Below the pieces are notes generated by a model that worked only from the letters and a program-made list of their open reading frames with translations, ran no database searches and was not told the origin of the DNA. The position numbers and the translations under genes are program-made. DNA of 64,000 nt, from contig CAZYQX010000003.1 in assembly GCA_964649985.1 (NCBI GenBank), positions 29,704 to 93,703 on the forward strand, read 5' to 3'. Of this stretch, positions 40,476-50,553 are shown one piece after another. Source of the stretch: an uncultured Pseudomonadales bacterium. GTDB lineage: Bacteria > Pseudomonadota > Gammaproteobacteria > Pseudomonadales > CAZYQX01. Every line of letters begins with the position of its first letter. The first letter of the stretch is position 1.

Positions 40476-41201
40476 TTAGAGCGGAATCCGCTGGCCGGGC
40501 TGCAATACGCGCAAGCCATGCTGTTCAATGCTGGCGCCCTGCTCTGCATTGGCGTAGTGGTAGCACCACATGCGAGCACGTTGCTCCGGGCTGTACTCGC
40601 GCAGCAGGTCATCCACGCCGCTATGGGAGGGATTGCCCTCCAGTCCACAATCATGGAACAAGGTCTCACCGCGATTGGCGCAGTGAGAGATCAGCTCCGG
40701 CACTGGCCGTGTATCACCGCTATAAAAAAACACCCCATCCACGCCGATGGAAAAGGCCGACAAGGGGGCGTGGTGGCGCGCGGGTCGCACACTCCAGAAA
40801 TACTGCTCATGCCAGAAGCCGTCGCTGACGGGGATCAGGTGAAACACCTCCCAGAAGTTCACGCCGCCCTCGGCCAGTGCTCCAGGATAGGTGCCCAGGC
40901 GTTGATGCAGTAGCGGAATGATCCAGACAGGCACATACACCTTGACCTGGCCGCGCCGGGCAGGGTCGAAGCATATGGTGTGGAACAGCCCTTCCAGGCC
41001 ACCTATATGATCGAGGTGGCAGTGGGTGATAAACACGGCGGAGGGCGGTTCTCCATAACTGGCAAGATAACGACTGAGCGTGTCGAGTCCACAATCGATC
41101 AGGAGTAGGGGAGTACCGCCTCGCTCAATAACGCAGGCAGAACAGCCCAGCCCTTTGTTACTGGCAGAACCTACCCCTAAAAAATGCGCACTGAGTGTCA
41201 T
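40476..41201 (-). CDS. MBL-fold metallo-hydrolase
   Basis: ATG 41201 after GGAGGGGAG. THCHLDHIGG (HxHxDH) motif. The stop abuts the tamA start codon. Confidence 0.8.
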   Translation of the reverse strand: MTLSAHFLGVGSASNKGLGCSACVIERGGTPLLLIDCGLDTLSRYLASYGEPPSAVFITHCHLDHIGGLEGLFHTICFDPARRGQVKVYVPVWIIPLLHQRLGTYPGALAEGGVNFWEVFHLIPVSDGFWHEQYFWSVRPARHHAPLSAFSIGVDGVFFYSGDTRPVPELISHCANRGETLFHDCGLEGNPSHSGVDDLLREYSPEQRARMWCYHYANAEQGASIEQHGLRVLQPGQRIPL

Positions 41202-41453
41202 GCTCCCCTCCTGAAGCGGGCAGTTCATGTGCTGCCCCATGGGAAGTCATTCTAACAGGCCGTTGTAATCTGCGATCACGGGGGGCGGTATATGGGCATC
41301 AGCTTGCGTGGTCAAAACAAGCATAGGCGAGGAGAATAACGCTTGTGTCTGCCGGCAGATTAACATGCGTCTGCGCACGAAGAGCACTGCTGCCTGCGTG
41401 ATTCAGCCACTGGCAAGTGCTACATGGTGATCATGGTTGAATGAGACTGATGT

Positions 41454-42950
41454 TCAGCAGGCTTGCTCAAACCATTGCAAGCCCTCTTGATGAGGGGGGT
41501 AGAGGCGCCAGATTTCTTCAATCATGCCACTGTGCGCCAAATAGGCCATGTGATTGACGATGTCTGGGTCAAGCTGGGTGCCCGCCAGGCTGTGCAGCTC
41601 CGCCATGGCGTCGAGCAGCGGCCAGGGGTCCTTGTAGGGGCGTTTGGAGATGAGGGCATCGAAAATATCGGCCACGGATGTAATGCGTGCTGATAATGGA
41701 ATCTGTTTGCCCTTGAGGCCCCGAGGATAACCGGTACCATCCCATCGTTCATGGTGTCCGCCGGCAATTTCACGCGCGACCCGAAAAAACGGTTTTTCGC
41801 CGAGGATCTGTTCGCCCTGGAGCGTGTGCTGTTGCATTATGCGGCGCTCTTCCGCGTTGAAATTTCCGGGTTTTTTTAAGATGTGATCGGGGAGTGCAAT
41901 CTTGCCTACATCGTGCATCATCGATGAGTAGCCCAGCTCCATCACGTCGTGTTCTGGCAGGTTCATCAAGGTGGCAATATGCTCTACGTACAGTCGAACC
42001 CGCTGTATGTGGTTAGCGGTGGTGCGGTCTTTCAGATCGCATACAGTAGCGAGTTTGTAGATCACCTCCAGTTGGGCGTCATATAACTCGCGCGTACGCT
42101 CCACGACTTTTGCATCAAGCATGGTGTTGAGTTCTTTCAAGCGCTGGTTGAGGCGTTGCTTGCTGCGCAAAAGTTGTCGCGTGCGCAAGTGGGTGGTGAG
42201 TCTGGCGCGCAGCTCCTCTGGAGAGAAGGGTTTAACCAAATAATCGTTAACGCCTTTTGCCAGTAACTGGTGTAACACTTCCTTTTGTTCCAGCTTGGTG
42301 ACGACCACCAGGCTGACATCATCGTACTTGGGCAGGCTGCGAATGCGATGGCAGAGAGAGATGCCGTCCAGTACCGGCATGTAGATGTCGGTCAGCACCA
42401 AGTCCACATTGGGTTCGGCCTCAAGGTTTTTCCAGGCTTCCAGTCCATCCCGGCAGGCGATAATGTTACAGCCCATCTGCTCCACGACCAGCCGGTATAT
42501 GGCCGTAATCGCCGGGCTGTCTTCCGCTACTAAAACGGTGGGCGTGCCATCAAAACTGGGCAAGCCTTGTTTTCGATCGGGATAGGCGGCGGCGATTTCT
42601 CCGATGCGATCAACCAGCTCTTGTGGGCTCAGTTGGCGGGAAATGAAATCGATGGCCCCCACCTCGAAGGCCTCTTCGCGCAGCCCTACGGCGTTGCTGC
42701 TACTGAGCAGAGCAACAGGTACCAGCCGAGTTTCCTCACTCGCCTTAAGCAAGGCGCAAAATTCCAGTGCCGACATGTCGGGCAGGGTCATGGCGATGAC
42801 CATGATATCGGGAGAAAAATCACGAATGGCGCGAAAACTTTCCGCAGCTGAATGCGTGCAGCAAACCTCCCAGCCTTCCTGGCGGAACAGGGCGGCATAG
42901 ACCTCGCTCACCGCCGTGCTTGGGTCTGCCAGAAGAACGCGTTGGGCCAT
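41454..42950 (-). CDS. Dual-receiver response regulator with an HD-GYP c-di-GMP phosphodiesterase domain (RpfG-like)
   Basis: ATG 42950. Two REC domains (RVLLADPS...DIMVIAMTLPDM; TVLVAEDSP...DLVLTDIYMPVLDG...KPF), then HD-GYP (HDVGKIALP, GGHHERWDGTGYPRGL). Confidence 0.85.
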   Translation of the reverse strand: MAQRVLLADPSTAVSEVYAALFRQEGWEVCCTHSAAESFRAIRDFSPDIMVIAMTLPDMSALEFCALLKASEETRLVPVALLSSSNAVGLREEAFEVGAIDFISRQLSPQELVDRIGEIAAAYPDRKQGLPSFDGTPTVLVAEDSPAITAIYRLVVEQMGCNIIACRDGLEAWKNLEAEPNVDLVLTDIYMPVLDGISLCHRIRSLPKYDDVSLVVVTKLEQKEVLHQLLAKGVNDYLVKPFSPEELRARLTTHLRTRQLLRSKQRLNQRLKELNTMLDAKVVERTRELYDAQLEVIYKLATVCDLKDRTTANHIQRVRLYVEHIATLMNLPEHDVMELGYSSMMHDVGKIALPDHILKKPGNFNAEERRIMQQHTLQGEQILGEKPFFRVAREIAGGHHERWDGTGYPRGLKGKQIPLSARITSVADIFDALISKRPYKDPWPLLDAMAELHSLAGTQLDPDIVNHMAYLAHSGMIEEIWRLYPPHQEGLQWFEQAC

Positions 42951-43184
42951 CGGTTTACCCTCATCCATGATGCTGACAAAAACAGGCAGGACACACATCA
43001 CCTCAACTGTATCGTGGTGATGCTGAACCTGCCTGCTGGGGGCGACAGCAGTAGCCCTTAGTAGGACCCTTGAATCTCATCGCTTAAGGCTGCCGGCGTC
43101 CGTGTTAAAACTATAGCCAGCCCTTAGCTCAAGCCTTAAACCGATTTTTCATAATACGCCGTAGATATAGTGAAAAAGTTGTAC

Positions 43185-44636
43185 TCATGTGCCGTTAGCT
43201 GGCAGCTGAATAATCCCCTCAGGGGCTGGGCCGTTCAGCCAGCGCTGAAGGATGCGATAGGTGTCTTGATCAAAGTCGCCTAGCGCGCGTTGGGCGGCCA
43301 TTTGCTGTGCTGCGGCTATGCCCGCAGCACTTCCCAGGTAATGCCACTGATCAAAAACATGAATGAGGTCTGGCGAGTGCTCGTCTGGAGGGGCAATCAA
43401 GCCAATGGGGCCTGGATAGGGCCAGGTCTGAAAGCGGAGCGGCCCCAATGCCCGCTCAACGCGCGCGCGATGCGCTTCAGCGGTCTCAAGGCCAATACAT
43501 GCCCCTGAGCATTGGCGAATCTGGTGTTGGCGGCAGGGGCTGCCCTTGCGACTGGGTTTTTCCAAGCCCAAGCTAACTTTGCATAGCTGATGAGCGTTAC
43601 TTAGACCTTCCAAGGCCTGCAGGGCTGCCTTGCGCTGGCTGAAAGGCCCCAGCAGTGTGCCCTGGTACTTGGCGAGTTGTTCGGCGCTGACCAGTTTGGC
43701 CGGGGCGCTGGGGTCTGCCGGTAGATACCAGGCGCACACTTCGCGTGCGCGCCGCAGTTGGCGATTGAAAACGGGGTTGAGCGCCCTGACCAGGCGGCTT
43801 TGCGTTAGCAGTGCATGCAGTTCGCTGCCCGTTTCTTGCCATTCTACACGCCGCACTTGCTGGCTTAGCCTGCGTGCCTTGTGGTCGCTGGCTGCGGCAT
43901 TAAAATGCGCGATCACGCTACGGCGGAGGTTGCTGCTCTTGCCAATGTAGAGCAAGGTATCGTTATCGCTGAAAAACTGGTAGACGCCACAGCCTTCGGG
44001 TATTGCATCGATGAGTGCGTCGTCCAGGCCAGGAGGGGCGCTGGGTCGGGCGATAAGTTGCTTGACGGTGTTGTCGAAGCGCTCAGGGCCCACGCTGTTG
44101 CGTGCAATGTCGAGAAACTGGTGGACTGCCTGGGTGTCGCCCAGTGCACGGTGGCGGGCCGACATGTGCAGCGCATGGCGTTGGACCAGATGATCCAACC
44201 CGTGGTGTTTGTGTTGCGGAAACAGCTTGCGCGAGAGGCGCACGGTGCAGAGCGTGGGCGCTTCATACGCAATGCCCACCCGCTGGAATTCATGGCGCAG
44301 AAAACCATAATCGAAGCGCGCGTTGTGGGCCACCAGCCAGCGGCCCGACAAGCGCTTGGCCAGTGCTGCTGCTAGGTGGGCAAAGTCCGGCGCCTCGCCC
44401 ACCATGTCATTGTCAATGCCGGTGAGCTGAGTGATGAACGGTGGAATCGGGCAGCCCGGATTGACCAGGCTGCTCCAGACCTCCATCTGTCCGTCGGGCT
44501 CCAGGGTGATCAGGCCAATCTCGGTGATGCGATCACGCAGGGGGTTGCTGCCGGTGGTTTCCAGATCGAGGATGGCCACCGGCTGCGGGAACAGCCCCTC
44601 AGCGCTGCTGGGCATCGAACTGCTTGCCGGTGACAC
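43185..44636 (-). CDS. DnaQ-like 3'-5' exonuclease fused to a GIY-YIG (Cho/UvrC-N-like) nuclease domain
   Basis: Exo motifs AILDLETTG, VAHNARFDYGFL and HRALGDTQAV. GIY-YIG block GVYQFF...LLYIGKSSNLRRSV. The start is GTG 44636 or ATG 44615. Both overlap the yciK 3' end. Confidence 0.8.
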   Translation of the reverse strand: MSPASSSMPSSAEGLFPQPVAILDLETTGSNPLRDRITEIGLITLEPDGQMEVWSSLVNPGCPIPPFITQLTGIDNDMVGEAPDFAHLAAALAKRLSGRWLVAHNARFDYGFLRHEFQRVGIAYEAPTLCTVRLSRKLFPQHKHHGLDHLVQRHALHMSARHRALGDTQAVHQFLDIARNSVGPERFDNTVKQLIARPSAPPGLDDALIDAIPEGCGVYQFFSDNDTLLYIGKSSNLRRSVIAHFNAAASDHKARRLSQQVRRVEWQETGSELHALLTQSRLVRALNPVFNRQLRRAREVCAWYLPADPSAPAKLVSAEQLAKYQGTLLGPFSQRKAALQALEGLSNAHQLCKVSLGLEKPSRKGSPCRQHQIRQCSGACIGLETAEAHRARVERALGPLRFQTWPYPGPIGLIAPPDEHSPDLIHVFDQWHYLGSAAGIAAAQQMAAQRALGDFDQDTYRILQRWLNGPAPEGIIQLPANGT

Positions 44637-45345
44637 CGCGGCTGTCCGGGCCCATCAGGTAGAGATAAGCCCCCATGATGGCCTCGGGCAGGGGGTTCAC
44701 CTCGGGGCTTTCACCGGGGTAGGCGGCTCGGCGCATGCTGGTGCGGGTGGCCCCCGGGTTGAGGCTGTTGACGCGGATGTGCGTGGTGGAGGCCAGCTCA
44801 TCGGCCAGCACCTGCACGAAGCCCTCGGTGGCGAATTTGGAAACCGCATAGCCACCCCAGTAGGCGCGACCGTGGCGCCCTACACCCGAGGAGGTGGCAA
44901 TGATTGAGGCATCCTCACTCAGGCGCATCAGCGGCAACATGGCGCGGGTCAGCATGAACATGGCGTTGACGTTGACCTGCATCACTTCCATCCAGGCGTC
45001 GGCGTCGTAGGTTTCAATCGGTGTGCGTGGCCCGAGCACGGCGGCATTGTGCAGCAAGCCATCGAGCTTGCCGAAGGCATCCTCAATGCGAGCACCCATT
45101 TCCCAGTAGTTATCCATGCTGGCACCGCGCAGGTCGATCGGGTAAATGGCCGGCTCTGGGCCATCTGCGGCGATGATCTCGTCATACACCTGCTCGAGTT
45201 TTTCTACCGTGCGGCCCGCCAGAATCACCCGGGCACCGTGGGCGGCATAGCTCTGCGCGGCAGCGCGGCCGATGCCGTCGCCGGCGCCGGTCACCAGTAT
45301 GACGCGACCGCTGAGCAGGTCGCGGCGGGGGCTGTAGTTCATCAT
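44599..45345 (-). CDS. yciK: YciK-family SDR oxidoreductase
   Basis: 248 aa. ILVTGAGDGIGRAAA, YAVSKFATEG. Positioned downstream of a HAD phosphatase gene, as in Pseudomonas. Confidence 0.8.
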   Translation of the reverse strand: MMNYSPRRDLLSGRVILVTGAGDGIGRAAAQSYAAHGARVILAGRTVEKLEQVYDEIIAADGPEPAIYPIDLRGASMDNYWEMGARIEDAFGKLDGLLHNAAVLGPRTPIETYDADAWMEVMQVNVNAMFMLTRAMLPLMRLSEDASIIATSSGVGRHGRAYWGGYAVSKFATEGFVQVLADELASTTHIRVNSLNPGATRTSMRRAAYPGESPEVNPLPEAIMGAYLYLMGPDSRGVTGKQFDAQQR

Positions 45346-45386
45346 GGGTTCATCTCGTGGCTGTGCGGGCTCTGGGGTGTAAGTGT

Positions 45387-46049
45387 TCAGATCTGGCGGA
45401 AGATCAGTTGGGCCAAGGCGTGTGCATCATCGGCCACAAGATCGGCTCCCCAGTTTTCCAGCGGATCATCGGGGTGGATATAGCCCCAGCCGGCGGCGGC
45501 GGAAGGCATGCCGGCATTGCGAGCGGCCTCGATGTCGCGGCGGTGGTCGCCCACGTAGAGGGTGCGTCCGGGCGCGACTCCGACCTGCTGGCAGGCGTGC
45601 CATAGCGGCTCGGGTGCCGGTTTTGGCATGCCGACATGATCTGGGCACACCAGCGTGCTTGAGGTGGGCTCCAGCACGATCCGGCGCATCAGTGGCTCGG
45701 CGTAGTGGCTTGGTTTGTTGGTCACGATACCCCAGCGGATGCCCCGTTCGGCCAGTGCCAGTAGTAGCTCTGGAATACCGGGAAAGGGCGCGCTGTGTGC
45801 GCCGAGGTCTTCTTCGTAGATGGCCAGCAGTCGCAGCCGGGCGGCCTGAAAGGACGGGTGCTCTTCTTCGATGTCCAGCGCCAGGCGCGTCAGTGCACGT
45901 GCGCCGTCGGAGACGGTGGCGCGGATAGGCGCGTAGTCCATGGCGGGCAGCTGGTGCTCGGCGCGCAGCCTGTTTACGGCCACGGCGAACTCCGGTGCGG
46001 TATCGAGAAGAGTGCCGTCCAGGTCAAATAATACGCAGTCGATGTTCAC
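45387..46049 (-). CDS. HAD-family phosphatase (phosphoglycolate phosphatase / MupP-like)
   Basis: 220 aa. DCVLFDLDGTLLDT, GIVTNKP and YVGDHRRDIEAARNAGM. The ubiG...HAD-yciK synteny suggests MurNAc-6-P phosphatase MupP (inference). Confidence 0.75.
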   Translation of the reverse strand: MNIDCVLFDLDGTLLDTAPEFAVAVNRLRAEHQLPAMDYAPIRATVSDGARALTRLALDIEEEHPSFQAARLRLLAIYEEDLGAHSAPFPGIPELLLALAERGIRWGIVTNKPSHYAEPLMRRIVLEPTSSTLVCPDHVGMPKPAPEPLWHACQQVGVAPGRTLYVGDHRRDIEAARNAGMPSAAAGWGYIHPDDPLENWGADLVADDAHALAQLIFRQI

Positions 46050-46157
46050 GGCGTGAGGGGGACTCGCGGGCTGACTGAAGGGGCTAAAAGCTTAACCCGG
46101 ATGGCGTCTCAGGGGAATCAGTGAAGGAGGCGTCGGTTGGGCCTCCTTCTGATGCGC

Positions 46158-46565
46158 TCAGGCTGATTCTGTTTGTGGCGCAGGCGGCTGTTGTTCCCGT
46201 CGAGGCTGCGCGATCAGTAGCAGACCCACGCGGCCAATCAGAATGATGCCAAGTGCGTCTGCCAGCAGGTCGGCAACGTCCACCTGGCGATGTGGGAACA
46301 GGCCCTGGCTCAGTTCTTCCGCGAAGGCAATGGCGAAGGCGAGCAGGCTGCCGATATGGAAGCGCAGACCAAAGGCGGAGACTTGTCGAAACCGAGTGGC
46401 CAAGTTGGCCATGGCACCCAGGCCGCCCCAGATCACCATATGCCCCAGTTTGTCGGCATAGGGGAACAGCCCCCCCAATTTCATCACCACGCCTGCCGGT
46501 TGGGTGTCACCTTGATAGACGAGAACAGCTACAAATAGCATGTAAAGAGCAAGCAGTGTGCGCAT
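46158..46565 (-). CDS. VanZ-like small membrane protein
   Basis: 135 aa, four hydrophobic segments. ADKLGHMVIWGGL and EELSQGLFPHRQVDVADLLADALG resemble VanZ family motifs. Confidence 0.5.
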   Translation of the reverse strand: MRTLLALYMLFVAVLVYQGDTQPAGVVMKLGGLFPYADKLGHMVIWGGLGAMANLATRFRQVSAFGLRFHIGSLLAFAIAFAEELSQGLFPHRQVDVADLLADALGIILIGRVGLLLIAQPRREQQPPAPQTESA

Positions 46566-46725
46566 TTAAGCGAAGTCCCTCATGTTGAGTTGCACTGAGC
46601 ATGGCAGTGAATCCCGAGGTACGACAGCGCAAAACGCACATGTTGATGCTGCAGAATTGAAACCTGCGACGTTCGCATATTTACGTTGCGATGCAGGTCT
46701 CAATTTTCCATATTTTAAAGCTTGG

Positions 46726-47433
46726 TCAAGCGGGCTTTCTGGCGCGCACCAGGTAGTTGACGTCGGTATCTTTGCCCAGTGAGTACACTTGGGTAATGGG
46801 GTTGAAGCTCATGCCGACGATCTCGACCAGCTCAAGCCCTGCCTCCCTCAGCCAGCGGGCCAGCTCAGACGGTTTGATGAACTTTGCATACTCATGCGTG
46901 CCGCGCGGCAGCATGTTGAGCACATACTCGGCCCCGACGATGGCCAGCAGAAAGGCTTTGGGGTTGCGGTTAATGGTCGAGAAATAGAGGTCCGCCCCAG
47001 GCTTGGCCAGGGCGGCACAGGCGCGGATTACCGAGCCGGGGTCTGGCACGTGCTCGATCATTTCCAGGCAGGCCACCACATCGTATTGCGCCGGGCGCTG
47101 CTCGGCCATCGCCTCGGCGGTGGCATTCAGGTATTCCACCTCCACGCCGGATTCCAGCTGGTGCAACTTGGCCACGGCCAGGGGGCCTTCGCCGGCATCC
47201 ACGCCTGTGACTACCGCGCCGCGGTGGCTCAGGGCCTCACTCAGCAGGCCGCCACCGCAGCCGACGTCGATGACGCGCTTGCCGGCCACCTGGGAATGCA
47301 GGTCGATATAGTTGGCCCGCAGGGGGTTGATGTCGTGCAGGGGTTTGAACTCTGAGTTCGGGTCCCACCAGCGATGGGCGAGAGCTTCGAACTTGGCGAC
47401 TTCCTGGCGGTCGACGTTGCTGGTGTTGGCCAT
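46726..47433 (-). CDS. ubiG: Bifunctional ubiquinone biosynthesis O-methyltransferase
   Basis: EVAKFEALAHRWWDPNSEFKPLHDINPLR, SAM motif VIDVGCGGGLLSE and LEMIEHVPDP. Confidence 0.92.
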   Translation of the reverse strand: MANTSNVDRQEVAKFEALAHRWWDPNSEFKPLHDINPLRANYIDLHSQVAGKRVIDVGCGGGLLSEALSHRGAVVTGVDAGEGPLAVAKLHQLESGVEVEYLNATAEAMAEQRPAQYDVVACLEMIEHVPDPGSVIRACAALAKPGADLYFSTINRNPKAFLLAIVGAEYVLNMLPRGTHEYAKFIKPSELARWLREAGLELVEIVGMSFNPITQVYSLGKDTDVNYLVRARKPA

Positions 47434-47482
47434 GATGATATTCCTGCCGAGGGCCTCGCGGGCCGTGCGTAATGCGTTGGGT

Positions 47483-48814
47483 TCAGTGGCTGTGGATCTG
47501 GCGCGCCCAGCGGCGTGCCTTTTCCTTCAGCGCCTCGCTGTCCAGTGTGGTCAGCTGGCGCTGGTCGAGCAGCTGCTGGCCGGCCACCCACACGTGGCTC
47601 ACCCGTGGGGCTGAGTTGGTGTACACCAGTTGCGATACCGGCTCATACAGCGGGTAGGCTTCCAGGTCGCCCATGTCGAAGGCGGTGATGTCGGCCTGCT
47701 TGCCCACTTCCAGTGAACCCAGGCTGTCCTGCAGACCCAGGGCGATGGCGCCGTTCAAGGTGGCCATGCGCAGGGCGTAGTGGGCGGGCACGGCGGCGGC
47801 ATCGTTGGCCACCGCCTTGCCCAGCAGGGCGGCGGTGCGCAGCTCGCCCAGCAGGTCCAGGTCGTTGTTGCTGGCGGCGCCATCGGTGCCGATGGCCACG
47901 TTCACGCCCGCCTGGCGCAGTTTTTCCACCGGGCAGAAGCCGCTGGCCAGTTTCAGGTTGGATTCTGGGCAGTGCACCACGTGGCTGCCGCTGCTGGCCA
48001 CCAGGGCGATGTCGCTGTCATCCAGGTGCGCCATGTGCACGCACTGGGTGCGGGGGCCCAGAATGCCCAGGTCGTTCAGGCGCTGCAGCGGGCGCTTGCC
48101 GGTGGCTTCCAGGCCGCTGTGTACTTCGAAGGCGGTTTCGTGCAGGTGTACCTGGATGTTGGCGTCCAGCTGGTTGGCCAGGGTGGCGATGCGGCCGAAG
48201 GTCTGGTCCGACACGGTATAGGGCGCGTGGGGGCCAAAGGTGGTGGTGACCAGCTCGCTGTGCTTGAAGGTGTCGATCACGCCGAGGCCTTTGTGCAGGT
48301 ATTCGTCGGCGTCGCGCGCCCAGGCAGTCGGCATCTCCAGTACCGGGAAGCACAGTTGAGCGCGCATGCCGGCGGCTTGTGCGGCATGGCCACACGCGTC
48401 TGGGAAGAAGTACATGTCGCTGAACAGGGTGGTGCCCGAGCGCAGCATCTCGGCGATGGCCAGCTCGGTGCCATCTCTGACGAATTCGGCGTCTACCCAT
48501 TTGCCCTCGGCGGGCCAGATGTGTTGCTCCAGCCATACCATCAGCGGCTTGTCATCAGCCAGTCCGCGAAACAGCGTCATTGCCGCGTGGCCGTGGGCGT
48601 TGATCAGGCCTGGGGTGAGCACGTGGTTGTCGAGCGCCAGCACCCGGCGGGCGCTGAACTGTTGGTGTGCCTGTTCGGTAGGGAGTACACCTACAATGCG
48701 GTTCTCGGTGATGGCTAGGCTGTGGTGTTCCAGCACCACCCCGGCAGGTTGCACGGGGATGATCCAGCGGGCGTCGATCAACCAGTCGACGGCGATGGGC
48801 GTGGTGGTGGTCAT
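47483..48814 (-). CDS. mtaD: 5-methylthioadenosine/S-adenosylhomocysteine deaminase (TRZ/ATZ amidohydrolase)
   Basis: ATG 48814 (MTTTTPIAVDWLIDARWIIPV). LINAHGHAAMTLFRG, HLHET and IGTDGAASNNDLD metal-binding motifs. Adjacent to ubiG as in Pseudomonas. Confidence 0.85.
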   Translation of the reverse strand: MTTTTPIAVDWLIDARWIIPVQPAGVVLEHHSLAITENRIVGVLPTEQAHQQFSARRVLALDNHVLTPGLINAHGHAAMTLFRGLADDKPLMVWLEQHIWPAEGKWVDAEFVRDGTELAIAEMLRSGTTLFSDMYFFPDACGHAAQAAGMRAQLCFPVLEMPTAWARDADEYLHKGLGVIDTFKHSELVTTTFGPHAPYTVSDQTFGRIATLANQLDANIQVHLHETAFEVHSGLEATGKRPLQRLNDLGILGPRTQCVHMAHLDDSDIALVASSGSHVVHCPESNLKLASGFCPVEKLRQAGVNVAIGTDGAASNNDLDLLGELRTAALLGKAVANDAAAVPAHYALRMATLNGAIALGLQDSLGSLEVGKQADITAFDMGDLEAYPLYEPVSQLVYTNSAPRVSHVWVAGQQLLDQRQLTTLDSEALKEKARRWARQIHSH

Positions 48815-48939
48815 GGCGCGCTCCGGTGGCTGAAACGAGTGCGCAGTATAAGCCATGTGGCATAGAGTCTGCCGGTGGACTAGTTTTAATAAAATATTTG
48901 TTATGACTCTATAAAGCGTTAATCACCCGAGGTCTCACC

Positions 48940-50553
48940 ATGCAGGGTAATACTCGTCAGCGTTTTGCATTAATTTTCATGGTGATCGGCTTGGCTACGG
49001 CTCTTTTGGCGGTGGCCGTGTTCCAACTGCGGTTTGCCTCACATGCGGCGCGTGAGGCTGGTGAGAACCGCTACCAGTCGTTCCTGCTGGCAAACCAGTT
49101 GCGACAGGACTCCCAGGATCTCACCCGCATGGTGCGAACCTACACGGTAACAGGTGATGCCAAGTGGGAGAGTCAATACCTCCAGGTAGTGGACATACAA
49201 GATGGCAAGGCAGCCCGCCCGGAACAATACCAGCGCATCTACTGGGATTTTCTTGCGGTAAGTGATCAGAAGCCTCGCCCGGATGGCGAGCCAGTGGCGT
49301 TGATGGCGCTGATGAAGCAGGTGGGGCTGACCCCGGAGGAAGAAGCCAAACTGGCCGAATCCAAGCAGCTTTCCGATGCGCTGATTGCCATTGAAACCCA
49401 GGCCATGAACCTGGTGAAAGGGCTGCAGGATGATGGCAAGGGCGGTACGCGCCAGGGCGCTCCTGATCTGGAAAAAGCCCGCAAGTTGGTACACGACCAG
49501 GTTTACCACCAGGAGGTGGCGAAGATCATGCGCCCGCTGGACGAGTTCTTCGCCATGCTTGATGAGCGCACTCAGGCCACGCTCGACCGCGCAGAGGCGC
49601 GCCAATCCCTGTGGCAAAATGTGGTTTCGGTATTGGTGGCACTTATTTTAATGCTCTTGGCCTTGGCGGCCTGGATGCAGCGCCAGCTGTTCCGCCTGAT
49701 GGGGGGCGAGCCAGCTTACGCGGTCGAAATGATGCATCGCGCGGCTCAGGGGGAACTCTCTCTGCAGATAAATACCCGCAGTGGCGATGAAGCGAGTGTG
49801 CTCTATGCACTTAAAAACATGCTGTCCAACCTATCCGCCATGGTGGGAGAAGTGCGCCAAGGGGCCGATGCTCTCAGCATGATGTCTTCCCAGATCAATG
49901 CTACTGCCCAATCCATTGCCCAAGCGGCCTCTGAGCAAGCCGCCAGCGTGGAGCAAACCTCGGCTTCGATGGAGCAAATGTCGGCATCGATCAGTCAAAA
50001 CACCGAGAACGCCCAAGTCACTGATGCCATTGCACAGCGCGCGGCGGGGTCGGCTAGCGACAGTGGCATCGCGGTGAGTGAAACCCTTACGGCCATGCGG
50101 CAAATCGCTGGAAAAGTCAGTGCTATTGACGAAATTGCCTACCAGACCAACTTGTTGGCGCTTAACGCCGCTATTGAAGCCGGTCGTGCCGGGGAGCAGG
50201 GCAAGGGCTTTGCTGTGGTTGCTTCGGAAGTGCGCAAACTGGCCGAGAATAGCCAAGCCGCGGCCAAACAGATCGGAGAGCTGGTTCAACAGAGCCTCTG
50301 CACCAGCGAGCGCGCAGGCAGTCTACTGGAAGACATGGTGCCTTCTATTCGCCGCACTGCCGACTTGGTGCAGGAAATCGCGTGTGCTTCAAATGAACAG
50401 AGTAGTGGTGCCGGGCAAATCAGTGGTGCGATGGGGCAGTTGAGCCAGGTGAATCAGCGCAATGCGGCGGCGGCGGAGGAGTTGTCCGCCACCGCTGTGG
50501 ACATGGCCGAGCAGGCTGCCCGCTTGCAGCAGCAGATGGCTTTCTTCCGTTAA
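48940..50553 (+). CDS. Methyl-accepting chemotaxis protein, paralogous sensor to the 29559 MCP
   Basis: [20 protein letters not shown] sensor block, HAMP domain and [35 protein letters not shown]. Confidence 0.9.
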   Translation: MQGNTRQRFALIFMVIGLATALLAVAVFQLRFASHAAREAGENRYQSFLLANQLRQDSQDLTRMVRTYTVTGDAKWESQYLQVVDIQDGKAARPEQYQRIYWDFLAVSDQKPRPDGEPVALMALMKQVGLTPEEEAKLAESKQLSDALIAIETQAMNLVKGLQDDGKGGTRQGAPDLEKARKLVHDQVYHQEVAKIMRPLDEFFAMLDERTQATLDRAEARQSLWQNVVSVLVALILMLLALAAWMQRQLFRLMGGEPAYAVEMMHRAAQGELSLQINTRSGDEASVLYALKNMLSNLSAMVGEVRQGADALSMMSSQINATAQSIAQAASEQAASVEQTSASMEQMSASISQNTENAQVTDAIAQRAAGSASDSGIAVSETLTAMRQIAGKVSAIDEIAYQTNLLALNAAIEAGRAGEQGKGFAVVASEVRKLAENSQAAAKQIGELVQQSLCTSERAGSLLEDMVPSIRRTADLVQEIACASNEQSSGAGQISGAMGQLSQVNQRNAAAAEELSATAVDMAEQAARLQQQMAFFR

